DNA of 64,000 nucleotides from Dehalococcoidia bacterium (GTDB taxonomy: Bacteria > Chloroflexota > Dehalococcoidia > UBA2979), in assembly GCA_964291495.2 (NCBI GenBank), contig OZ219871.1:256001-320000 (forward strand), written 5' to 3'. The notes below the pieces were generated by a model. The model saw only the letters and a list, made by a program, of their open reading frames with translations, had not been told where the DNA came from and ran no database searches. A program made the position numbers and the translations under genes. This document shows, one piece after another, positions 31,197 to 39,263 of the stretch. Position 1 is the first letter of the stretch; each line of letters begins with the position of its first letter.

Positions 31197-31208
31197 GCGG
31201 GGCGTCGA

Positions 31209-33275
31209 TCAGGGTTCGTCGGCGAAGAGTTCGGCGCTGTAGGCCTCGAAGTCCTCGTAGAAGTCCTCTACGCGGAAGCCAAAGGTCGCCCTGAACACCG
31301 GTTTCCAGACCTCGTAGGGCGACCACTGTTCGAAGAAGTCGAAGAGGGCGGTCTCGCCTGTTCGCTCCACGAGCCACTCCACCGCGAGGTAGCTGAGCGC
31401 CGTCTTGATGCCGCTCCGAAATTCGGTCTCTTCGAGGTCTCGCAACCCCCCGAGACTTCGCCGGGCCCACCCGATGTGCGATACCCGGTGCTCGGCGATG
31501 TCCAGGCCCTTCGCCTCCGCGTGATACGCAGCCGTTGCGTACTCTTGCGCACCGACTGCCAGCCACACGGGAGCGAAGAAAAACCGGGGGAGCAGGGCCC
31601 TGATGTAGTAGATGTCTTGCCGGGTGGCGGTGCCGCACGGCTGCGCGAGGGAGACGATGGCAACGTCCCGTTCCACGAACCCGCTGCAACCGTTCCAACC
31701 GCCGAGGCCGAGGAACGACACGGGAACTTCGGCGCGTAACGTGTCGACATCAGGTCCCACATAGAGCGTGAACTCGCGCGGCTCCGTGTCGAATCGTCGG
31801 GACACGAACTCACCCACTCGCTCGAAGTCGCTGCGGATCGCCTCTCGGGCCTCGGGCGGAACGTCCCCCACGAACTCGATGACGGGTCTCGTTCCCTCAT
31901 CAGTCACATGCGGCAGCAGGGACGCCACTTCCTTGCGGTACGCCTCGAAGTCCGCGTAGAACACGTCGACCGTGGTGCCGAACGCCTCGGCGAAGGCATC
32001 CTCCCATGTCTCTTCCAACGGCAGCAGACGGTAGTACTCGAAGATCGCGGGTTCGCCCGCCAGTGCTGCAAGCCGCTCAATGGCAAGAAACGCGAGCGCG
32101 TGCGCTCCAGCGGGCTGATCGCCGGGGTCTTGGCTGACCGTCTCGAGGCTGTGCAGCGGAACCGTGGCGCGCGTTGTCTGGTTCACCTGGCCGCCCCGGG
32201 CTACCTCGTAGCCGACACTCCCCGCCACGGGTTGGTAGATGACATCGATGTACATCTCCGTGCCGATCACCAGCCAGTCCGCTCCGCCTGGATCACCGGT
32301 CGAGACTCCATGGCCGACCAGCGCTTGCACCTGACGATTCTCCAGCCTGAGCACGTCGTCCGGCCGGGCGCAGCTGGCCAGCACCACGTCCACGTAGTCG
32401 TCAGTGAGCCGCGCACAGTTCCGGTACGGTGGCGGCCGCCCGAATACCGCGACGTGGGTCGCCCGCAGCGCCTCCACGTCGGCGCCCACGTAGAGCGGAG
32501 TCTCCCTCGGAACGACCCCGAAGCGCTCGGCGAATAACGTCTGGACCCGCTCGTACTCGGCGATGATGCCCCTCTTGATGTGGGCAGGAACCTCGCCGAG
32601 GAACACGACCGGCGGATCCGCACCCGGTTGATCCCACTCGACGGCCCTCGCTGCCCGGATCATGAGCGCGTCGCCCCGGCGAAGACCGGGCCCCGTGTCC
32701 GCCTGCCCGCTCGAGCGCAGGCTGTGGCGCACGTATTGCTGTCCGGCTGCGTCCCAGCCCCACGCCGCGAGCGCCGCGTCGCCGAGCCCCTGGAGGGCTT
32801 CCCTGACCGGCGTGCCGTCGTCTCCTGTCCAGCCGACGAGGTTCAGGCCCGGGTGCAGCCGGAGCTCCGCGCCCTCCAGCGCGATCGGGCGGTCCCACCG
32901 GACCGGCGCGTCGCCACCGATCAGCAGCCATAGCCCCATGCCGGCGGTGAGCGTTGGCAACTGCTCGTACTCGCCTCGCCACGCCCGCCGGTAGCGCTCG
33001 TGCTCGGCGTCCCACGCCGAGATCCGCTCCAACTCCGGGAGCTGGTGGAACAGACGCCGGGACGCGGTCTCGGGCCCGACCCAGCCGACCATGTTCCAGC
33101 CGGGCTGCAGCTCCGTCGAGGTACGTGGCAGGACCACCCACGAGGACAAGCCGACAGACCCGGTCGCGCCGGCCGATGCGAGCCCTGCGCACAGCACCAG
33201 CGCAGCGAGGAGAGGAGTGAACCCGAGGTGGACGGGCCGACGCATGCTCACCCCCCGTGCAGTGGCTCCACTCAC
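31209..33275 (-). CDS. Secreted hypothetical protein with internal A-A-B-B duplication
   Basis: Signal peptide; LQPGWNMVGW / LHPGLNLVGW repeats; two ~220-aa repeats ending FYADFEAY / FYEDFEAY. Confidence 0.75.
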   Translation of the reverse strand: MSGATARGVSMRRPVHLGFTPLLAALVLCAGLASAGATGSVGLSSWVVLPRTSTELQPGWNMVGWVGPETASRRLFHQLPELERISAWDAEHERYRRAWRGEYEQLPTLTAGMGLWLLIGGDAPVRWDRPIALEGAELRLHPGLNLVGWTGDDGTPVREALQGLGDAALAAWGWDAAGQQYVRHSLRSSGQADTGPGLRRGDALMIRAARAVEWDQPGADPPVVFLGEVPAHIKRGIIAEYERVQTLFAERFGVVPRETPLYVGADVEALRATHVAVFGRPPPYRNCARLTDDYVDVVLASCARPDDVLRLENRQVQALVGHGVSTGDPGGADWLVIGTEMYIDVIYQPVAGSVGYEVARGGQVNQTTRATVPLHSLETVSQDPGDQPAGAHALAFLAIERLAALAGEPAIFEYYRLLPLEETWEDAFAEAFGTTVDVFYADFEAYRKEVASLLPHVTDEGTRPVIEFVGDVPPEAREAIRSDFERVGEFVSRRFDTEPREFTLYVGPDVDTLRAEVPVSFLGLGGWNGCSGFVERDVAIVSLAQPCGTATRQDIYYIRALLPRFFFAPVWLAVGAQEYATAAYHAEAKGLDIAEHRVSHIGWARRSLGGLRDLEETEFRSGIKTALSYLAVEWLVERTGETALFDFFEQWSPYEVWKPVFRATFGFRVEDFYEDFEAYSAELFADEP

Positions 33276-33384
33276 AAGGTACTACGCCAGTTCGACCGGT
33301 CTGGTTCCCTCGGATCTTTCTCACCTCGTTGACACTCCGTGGCGGCCAGCCGTAGCCTCGATCACGGTCGCAAGCGCGAAAGAG

Positions 33385-33706
33385 AGCGACGCGGAACGGG
33401 AGTAGTACGCCGTCACGCGGGGCCCAGAGAGCCGGGGCAAGGTGGAAGCCCGGCGCCCGACAGCAGCGGCGGAATGGACCCGGGAGTCTCGGCCCGAACG
33501 CCCCCAATCGACCCGACGAGGGGCAAGTAGGCGTCGACGGTGTGGGCGCCGTTATCCAGGCCCAGGGCATCGCCGCCACGCCCCGCGTCCGGGGCAGCCG
33601 GGTGGCCGTGCCTTGAATGAGCGCGAGCCGCGGGCCTCGAGGCCTCCGGCGCGCGGAACTTGGGTGGCGCCGCGAGGACCATCGCCCCAGGGCGGTGGTC
33701 CCTTTG
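33385..33706 (+). ncRNA. T-box riboswitch, Trp specifier
   Basis: Stem I with AGTA(GTA), AGAGA box, GGTGGAA loop, specifier GAA-TGG-A (TGG at 33475-33477); GAA...AGTA stem II; GCCGTTA; T-box AACTTGGGTGGCGCCGCG (33657-33674) able to pair with TCGCCCC; upstream of trpE. Confidence 0.9.
33676..33706 (+). terminator. T-box terminator hairpin
   Basis: GGACCATCGCC-ccag-GGCGGTGGTCC followed by CTTTG; overlaps the antiterminator 3' strand. Confidence 0.75.
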
Positions 33707-33739
33707 TATCCGGGACAACCCGTGTATCCGGGGCAACCC
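33705..33739 (+). repeat. Tandem 17-bp direct repeat (period 18)
   Basis: TGTATCCGGGACAACCC g TGTATCCGGGGCAACCC. Confidence 0.85.
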
Positions 33740-33768
33740 ACGGCTGGAGGAAACGAGGAGGCTTGATC

Positions 33769-33891
33769 GTGCACCGCAGCAGCCCTGCGCCGTACCGCCG
33801 CCAGTCCGCCGCACGCCTCGGCGGCGTCTGGTGGTGGCCGCGCGCCACGGGCTCACGACGCTGCATCGCACGAACAGGACGACGACGATGA
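33769..33891 (+). CDS. Putative trp leader peptide (40 aa, WWW)
   Basis: SD GAGGAGG (33755-33761), 7-nt spacer, GTG; MHRSSPAPYRRQSAARLGGVWWWPRATGSRRCIARTGRRR*; stop overlaps trpE ATG (ATGA). Confidence 0.75.
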   Translation: MHRSSPAPYRRQSAARLGGVWWWPRATGSRRCIARTGRRR

Positions 33892-35378
33892 CGACACCGA
33901 CCGCAACCCGCACCATGCCGACCCGCGAGGAGCTGCACCGCCTCGCGGCCGCCGGCGAGGGCAACATCGCGGCGATCTACCGCGAGGTGCGCGCCGACCT
34001 GGAGACGCCTGTCTCCGCCTACCTCAAGATCGCGCGCGGCAAGTACTCCTTCCTCCTCGAGTCCGTCGAGGGCGGCGAGCGCATGGGGCGCTACTCCTAC
34101 ATCGGCACCGAGCCGTACCGGGTGAGCGCCCTCAACCACGAGGACGGCGATCCGCTGAGCGTGATCGAGGACGAGATCGCCGAGTTGCGGCCGGTCGCGG
34201 CGCCAGGGCTGCCGCGCTTCCACGGCGGGGCCGTCGGCTACCTCGGCTACGAGACCGTCGGGCACTTCGAGCGCATCCCGCGCCCGGAGACGGACGCGCT
34301 GGGCGTGCCCGAGTCGTGGCTGATGTTCACCGACACGCTGCTCGTCTTCGACCACGTGCTGCACACCATCAAGGTGATCTCGCACGCCCGCCTCGACGGC
34401 GACGTCGACGCCGCCTACGACGCGGCGGTCGCGAAGATCGAGCGCCTTACGGAGCGCCTCGAGGCGCCGCTCGCCGCGCTGCCCTACGTTCCGCTCGACG
34501 GGCCGACCGGGCAGCCGATCGGGTCCAACTGGGCGCACGAAGACTACCTGCGAGCCGTCGAGCGCACGAAGCAGTACATCGTCGAAGGCGACATCATCCA
34601 GGCGGTGATCGCGCAGCGCTTCTCGCGCGAGACCGGCGTGCACCCCGTGGAGCTGTACCGCTCGCTGCGCGTCGTCAACCCCTCGCCCTACATGTACCTG
34701 CTGCAGTTCGACGACATCGCCATCATCGGCGCCTCGCCGGAGCTGCTGGTGAAGGTCGAGGACGGCGTCGTCGACGTGCACCCGATCGCCGGAACGCGCC
34801 CGCGCAGCGGCTCGCCCGACGAGGACGAGCGGCTGGCCGAGGAGCTGCGCAACGATCCCAAGGAGATCGCCGAGCACGTGATGCTGCTCGACCTCGGGCG
34901 CAACGACGTCGGGCGCGTCTCGAAGTCCGGCTCGGTCGAGGTGACGCAGAGCTTCGACCTCGAGCTCTACTCGCACGTGATGCACCTCGTGAGCCACGTG
35001 CGGGGCGAGCTGCGCGAGGAGATGAGCGGCTACGACGCGCTGCGTTCGGCCTTCCCGGCGGGAACGGTCTCCGGCGCGCCCAAGATCCGCGCGATGGAGA
35101 TCATCGCCGAGCTGGAGCCGGACCAGCGCGGCCCCTACGCGGGGGCCGTCGGCTTCTTCGACCTCTCGGGCAACGTCGAGACCTGCATCACGATTCGCAC
35201 GGTGCTGCTGCGCGACGGCGTCGCCTACGTGCAGGCCGGCGGCGGCATCGTCTACGACTCCGACCCGCAGCGCGAGTTCGAGGAGACGCAGCACAAGGCG
35301 CGCGCGTTGATGGCCGCCATCGACGACGCCGAGGCGCGAGCGGGCGTCAGCACGCCCTCGGGAAGCCTGGGCTACTGA
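33888..35378 (+). CDS. trpE: Anthranilate synthase component I
   Basis: DLETPVS, FLLESVEGG, NPSPYMY, PIAGTR, AEHVMLLDLGRND, FPAGTVSGAPK. Confidence 0.95.
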   Translation: MTTPTATRTMPTREELHRLAAAGEGNIAAIYREVRADLETPVSAYLKIARGKYSFLLESVEGGERMGRYSYIGTEPYRVSALNHEDGDPLSVIEDEIAELRPVAAPGLPRFHGGAVGYLGYETVGHFERIPRPETDALGVPESWLMFTDTLLVFDHVLHTIKVISHARLDGDVDAAYDAAVAKIERLTERLEAPLAALPYVPLDGPTGQPIGSNWAHEDYLRAVERTKQYIVEGDIIQAVIAQRFSRETGVHPVELYRSLRVVNPSPYMYLLQFDDIAIIGASPELLVKVEDGVVDVHPIAGTRPRSGSPDEDERLAEELRNDPKEIAEHVMLLDLGRNDVGRVSKSGSVEVTQSFDLELYSHVMHLVSHVRGELREEMSGYDALRSAFPAGTVSGAPKIRAMEIIAELEPDQRGPYAGAVGFFDLSGNVETCITIRTVLLRDGVAYVQAGGGIVYDSDPQREFEETQHKARALMAAIDDAEARAGVSTPSGSLGY

Positions 35379-36283
35379 TGGACGCCAAGCCGCTTGTCGC
35401 ATCCGCCGCGCTGCGCCGCAGCGACGGCCGCGTGCTGCTCGTGCGCCACGCCCGCGAGGAGCGCAGCGGCGCGGGCAGCCGCTGGACGCTGCCCTCGGAG
35501 CCCGTCGCCGACGACGAGACGGCCGAGCAGGCGCTGGCGCGGCTGCTGGCCGACCGCCTCCGCCTGGCGCCCGACCGCCGCGAGTTCAACGACTCGCTGG
35601 CGCTGCCGGCCGCGATCGCCAACGTTTTCATCTGCAGCTCCTGGCGCGGCGACCCGCAGTACGCGCCTGCGGACTTCCTCGACGCCGCCTGGGCGCCTCC
35701 CGGCACCGCGCCGGGCATCGACCTCGTCGAGGGTGTGCGTGAGTGGCTGCGCGGCTTGCCCGCAGACGGCGGTGCGCTCCCGAAGAGCGCCAGCGTCGAG
35801 GACCTGACGGCCGAGCTGATCACAGCGCGCGATGCGCTGCGGGCGGCCTACCTGGCGCTCGACGAGCCCTGGCGCGACGTCAGCCTCGATGGCGAGTGGG
35901 CGCCGGTGGACCTGCTGACGCACTGCGCCACGGTCGAGGCCTACTACGCCTCCGAGGCGCGCGAGCTGCTGGAGACGCCCGGCCACACCTGGCGCCCCTT
36001 CAACCCTGCGCAGGGCGAAGCGGAGCGCGCCGGCCGCGCCCGCCCGGCCAGCGATCGCGCCGAAGTCGAGCGCCTCGACGTGCTGCGGGCGGAGACGCTC
36101 GCCTGGATCGAGGAACTCACGCAGGACGAGCTGGACGCCTACGGCGACCACGCCGATCGCGGCGCGGTGCGCGTCGGCGACCGGATCGCGCGCATCGCGG
36201 CCCACGACCGCGCGCACACGCAGCAACTTGCGAAGATGCTTGCCGCCTCGCAGGCGGATCCCGACGACGACGAGGAGGCCTGA
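35378..36283 (+). CDS. NUDIX-like + DinB-family fusion protein
   Basis: GRVLLVR..WTLP..V.DDET (degenerate Nudix box); C-terminal GEW...DLLTHC and AAHDRAH. Confidence 0.7.
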   Translation: MDAKPLVASAALRRSDGRVLLVRHAREERSGAGSRWTLPSEPVADDETAEQALARLLADRLRLAPDRREFNDSLALPAAIANVFICSSWRGDPQYAPADFLDAAWAPPGTAPGIDLVEGVREWLRGLPADGGALPKSASVEDLTAELITARDALRAAYLALDEPWRDVSLDGEWAPVDLLTHCATVEAYYASEARELLETPGHTWRPFNPAQGEAERAGRARPASDRAEVERLDVLRAETLAWIEELTQDELDAYGDHADRGAVRVGDRIARIAAHDRAHTQQLAKMLAASQADPDDDEEA

Positions 36284-36377
36284 CCATGCTTCTCCTGATC
36301 GATAACGTCCGCGGCCGATCCGTGGCTTACTCCCGCAGCTTGTTTGGAGCGTTCCCATGCTCTTGCTGATCGATAAC
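36284..36377 (+). repeat. Duplicated 5' end of trpG (two MLLLIDN starts 71 nt apart)
   Basis: ccATGCTTCTCCTGATCGATAAC (ATG 36286) versus ccATGCTCTTGCTGATCGATAAC (ATG 36357). Confidence 0.85.
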
Positions 36378-36950
36378 TACGATTCGTTCACCTACAACCT
36401 CTACCAGTACCTCTCCGAGCTGGGCGCGACTGTCGAGGTCGTGCGCAACGACGAGGCGAGCGTCGAGGACTGCCTGGCGATGGGAGCGGAGCGGATCGTC
36501 GTCTCGCCGGGGCCCTGCACCCCTGCGGAGGCGGGGATCTCGATCGACCTGATCCGGGCGGCGGCCGGACAGGTGCCGCTCCTCGGCGTCTGTCTCGGGC
36601 ACCAGAGCATCGGCGAGGCGTTCGGCGCGCGGGTCGGGCCGGCAGGCGAGATCATGCACGGCAAGATCTCGACGGTGACGCACGACGGCAAGGGCGTCTT
36701 CGAGTCGCTGCCGCAGCCGTTCGAGGCGATTCGCTATCATTCACTCGCGATCGAGCCGGACACGCTGCCCGCCGAGCTGGAGGTCACGGCACGCGCGGAG
36801 AGCGGAGTGATCATGGGCGTCCGCCACCGCACGCTGCCGATCGAAGGCGTTCAGTTCCACCCCGAGTCCATCATGACGACGACCGGCCACGACTTGCTGC
36901 GCAACTTCCTCGCGATGGAGTCGCCGCGCACGGCGGCGGCCCCGGCGTGA
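36357..36950 (+). CDS. trpG: Anthranilate synthase component II (glutamine amidotransferase)
   Basis: IDNYDSFTYNL, SPGP, GVCLGHQ, MHGK, RYHSL, QFHPES. Confidence 0.95.
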   Translation: MLLLIDNYDSFTYNLYQYLSELGATVEVVRNDEASVEDCLAMGAERIVVSPGPCTPAEAGISIDLIRAAAGQVPLLGVCLGHQSIGEAFGARVGPAGEIMHGKISTVTHDGKGVFESLPQPFEAIRYHSLAIEPDTLPAELEVTARAESGVIMGVRHRTLPIEGVQFHPESIMTTTGHDLLRNFLAMESPRTAAAPA

Positions 36951-36968
36951 GGCGAGAGGCGGCCTGAG

Positions 36969-37349
36969 ATGGGCACCTTCCACCAGCAAATCGAACTCGC
37001 CGCGAGGCCTGAGGGGCCATTCGAGACGCTGGACGCGCTAGTCGACACCGGTGCGACCTACACGCTCGTGCCAGCATCCATCCTGAGAAGGCTCGGAATT
37101 AGGCCGACGGACAGCCTCACATTCATCATCGCCGATGGCAGTCGAATGCAGCAGGAGATTGGCGAAGCCACCGTCCGGCTCGACGGACGCGAGCGCACGA
37201 CTCTCGTTGTGTTTGGCGACGAGGGCGCCACCGTGCTGTTGGGCGCCTACACACTGGAAGCATTCGCGCTAGGAGTCGATCCGCGAAACCGCCAGTTGAT
37301 CCCCGTGGACGGCTACCTCGTGGGGTTGCGACACGGGGGCGGCTCATGA
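36969..37349 (+). CDS. Clan AA (retropepsin-like) aspartyl protease
   Basis: ALVDTGATYT, ADGS, LLGAYTLE; lower GC3 than neighbours. Confidence 0.85.
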   Translation: MGTFHQQIELAARPEGPFETLDALVDTGATYTLVPASILRRLGIRPTDSLTFIIADGSRMQQEIGEATVRLDGRERTTLVVFGDEGATVLLGAYTLEAFALGVDPRNRQLIPVDGYLVGLRHGGGS

Positions 37350-38371
37350 TCGGCGAGGCGATCGGCGCGCTCGTCGAGGAGGGGCGCGACCTCAGCGAGG
37401 ACGAGGCCGCCGCCGTCATGAACGAGATCATGGAGGCGGAGGCGACGCCCGCGCAGTTCGGCGCCTTCGTCCTCGCGCTGCGCCACAAGGGCGAGACCGT
37501 CGACGAGGTCGTCGGAATGGCGCGGGTGATGCGCGAGCACTCGCTGAGGGCGCACGTCAGCGCCCGCCCGCTGCTCGACACCTGCGGGACCGGCGGCTCC
37601 GGGCTCAACACGTTCAACGCCTCGACGGCGGCCGCGATCGTCGCCGCCTCGGTGGGCGCGAAGGTCGCCAAGCACGGCAACCGCGGGATGACCTCGCAGT
37701 CCGGCTCGGCGGACCTGCTCGAGGCGCTCGGCGCGGAGATCGCGCTCGCACCGGAGCAGGTCGCGAGCTGCATCGAGCGCACCGGCGTCGGCTTCCTCTT
37801 CGCGCAGTCGTTCCATCCCGCGATGCGCTTCGCGGCGCCGCTGCGGCGCGAGATCGGCGTGCGCACCGTCTTCAACATCCTCGGCCCGCTCACCAATCCC
37901 GCCTCGGCCAACTGCCACGTGCTGGGCACGCCCCGCGTCGAGACCGCCGAGCTGCTCGCCGGGGCGCTGGCGCGCCTCGGCGTCCGTCACGCCCTCGTGG
38001 TCTCGAGCGACGAGGGCCTCGACGAGATCTCGGTTTCAGCGCCGACGACGCTGTTCGAGGTGCGCGGCCTGGAGGTCACGCAGCACAGCGTCACGCCGCG
38101 CGACCTCGGCGTCGCGGAGCGCACGCTCGACGAGGTGCGCGGCGGCAGCGCCGAGGAGAACGCGGACGCGCTGCGCGCGGTGCTGCGCGGCGACGGCTCC
38201 GGCTCAGCCGCACTGCGCGACTTCATCGCCGTCAACACCGGCGCGGGGCTCTACGTCTGCGGCCTCGCCGCCTCGATCCAGCAGGGCGCCGAGCAGGCGC
38301 TGACGGCGATCGACGAGGGCGAGGCGGCCGCCCGCCTCGGCGCCTTCGTCGAGGCCACCCGGCGCAGCTGA
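37346..38371 (+). CDS. trpD: Anthranilate phosphoribosyltransferase
   Basis: DTCGTGG, FNAST, AKHGNR, RTVFNILGPLTNP, GLDE. Confidence 0.96.
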   Translation: MIGEAIGALVEEGRDLSEDEAAAVMNEIMEAEATPAQFGAFVLALRHKGETVDEVVGMARVMREHSLRAHVSARPLLDTCGTGGSGLNTFNASTAAAIVAASVGAKVAKHGNRGMTSQSGSADLLEALGAEIALAPEQVASCIERTGVGFLFAQSFHPAMRFAAPLRREIGVRTVFNILGPLTNPASANCHVLGTPRVETAELLAGALARLGVRHALVVSSDEGLDEISVSAPTTLFEVRGLEVTQHSVTPRDLGVAERTLDEVRGGSAEENADALRAVLRGDGSGSAALRDFIAVNTGAGLYVCGLAASIQQGAEQALTAIDEGEAAARLGAFVEATRRS

Positions 38372-38375
38372 CGCG

Positions 38376-39263
38376 ATGACGGCGCACCCTTCGGCAACCT
38401 CCGGCGGCCCGCGCGAGACGGGTACCGTGCTGGACCGCATCGTCGCCGACCGGCGGCTGCGGCTTGCCGAAGACCAGCGTGCCGTGCCTCGCGACGCCCT
38501 CGAAGGACTCGCCGCCGCGCAGCCGCCCGCGATCGACTTCGTCACACGGCTGACGGGCGGGCGCGCCGCCTCGCCCGAGGGCGCGCGGCTGCGGCTGATC
38601 GGCGAGATCAAGCGCGCCTCTCCCTCGCGGGGGGTGATCGACGGCGATCTCGACGCCGCGGCGCAGGCGCGCGAGTACGCCGCAGCCGGAGCGTCCGCCG
38701 TCTCCGTGCTGACCGAGCCGAGCTTCTTCCAGGGCGGCATCGCGGACCTCGCAGCCGCCTCGGAGGCGTTCGGCGGCGACACGGACCGGCCGGCGCTGCT
38801 GCGCAAGGACTTTCTCTTCGACCCCTACCAGGTCGTCGAGGCGCGCGCGCACCGCGCGGACGCGCTGTTGCTAATCGCGATGATGCTGCCGCCCCGGGCC
38901 CTCACCGATCTGCTGGCGCTCACGCACGCGCAGGGCATGGAGGCGCTGGTCGAGGTGCACGACGCCGACGAACTCGGCGCCGCCGTCGACGCCGGAGCGC
39001 GCGTGATTGGCGTCAACAACCGCGATCTGCGGACGTTCGACGAGGACCTCGCGACGTTCGAGCGGCTCGCGCCGCTGGCGCCGTCCGGGGTCACGCTCGT
39101 CGCCGAGTCGGCGATCCAGAGCGCCGCCGACGCCGAGCGGATGGCCAAGGCCGGCGCGCACGCGCTGCTCGTCGGCGAGGCGCTGGTGCGCACGGGCGAT
39201 GTCGCCGCCAAGGCGCGCGAGCTGATGCTCGCGCCCGCTCGCAGCGGGGTGGGCGGGCGATGA
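38376..39263 (+). CDS. trpC: Indole-3-glycerol-phosphate synthase
   Basis: EIKRASPSRG, SVLTE, LRKDF, LVEVH, GVNNRDL, AES. Confidence 0.96.
   Translation: MTAHPSATSGGPRETGTVLDRIVADRRLRLAEDQRAVPRDALEGLAAAQPPAIDFVTRLTGGRAASPEGARLRLIGEIKRASPSRGVIDGDLDAAAQAREYAAAGASAVSVLTEPSFFQGGIADLAAASEAFGGDTDRPALLRKDFLFDPYQVVEARAHRADALLLIAMMLPPRALTDLLALTHAQGMEALVEVHDADELGAAVDAGARVIGVNNRDLRTFDEDLATFERLAPLAPSGVTLVAESAIQSAADAERMAKAGAHALLVGEALVRTGDVAAKARELMLAPARSGVGGR

Noticed and set aside
33660-33887. N-terminal extension of TrpE from TTG33660
   Set aside because: It runs through the T-box antiterminator and terminator, and TrpE-like sequence starts only after about 33888
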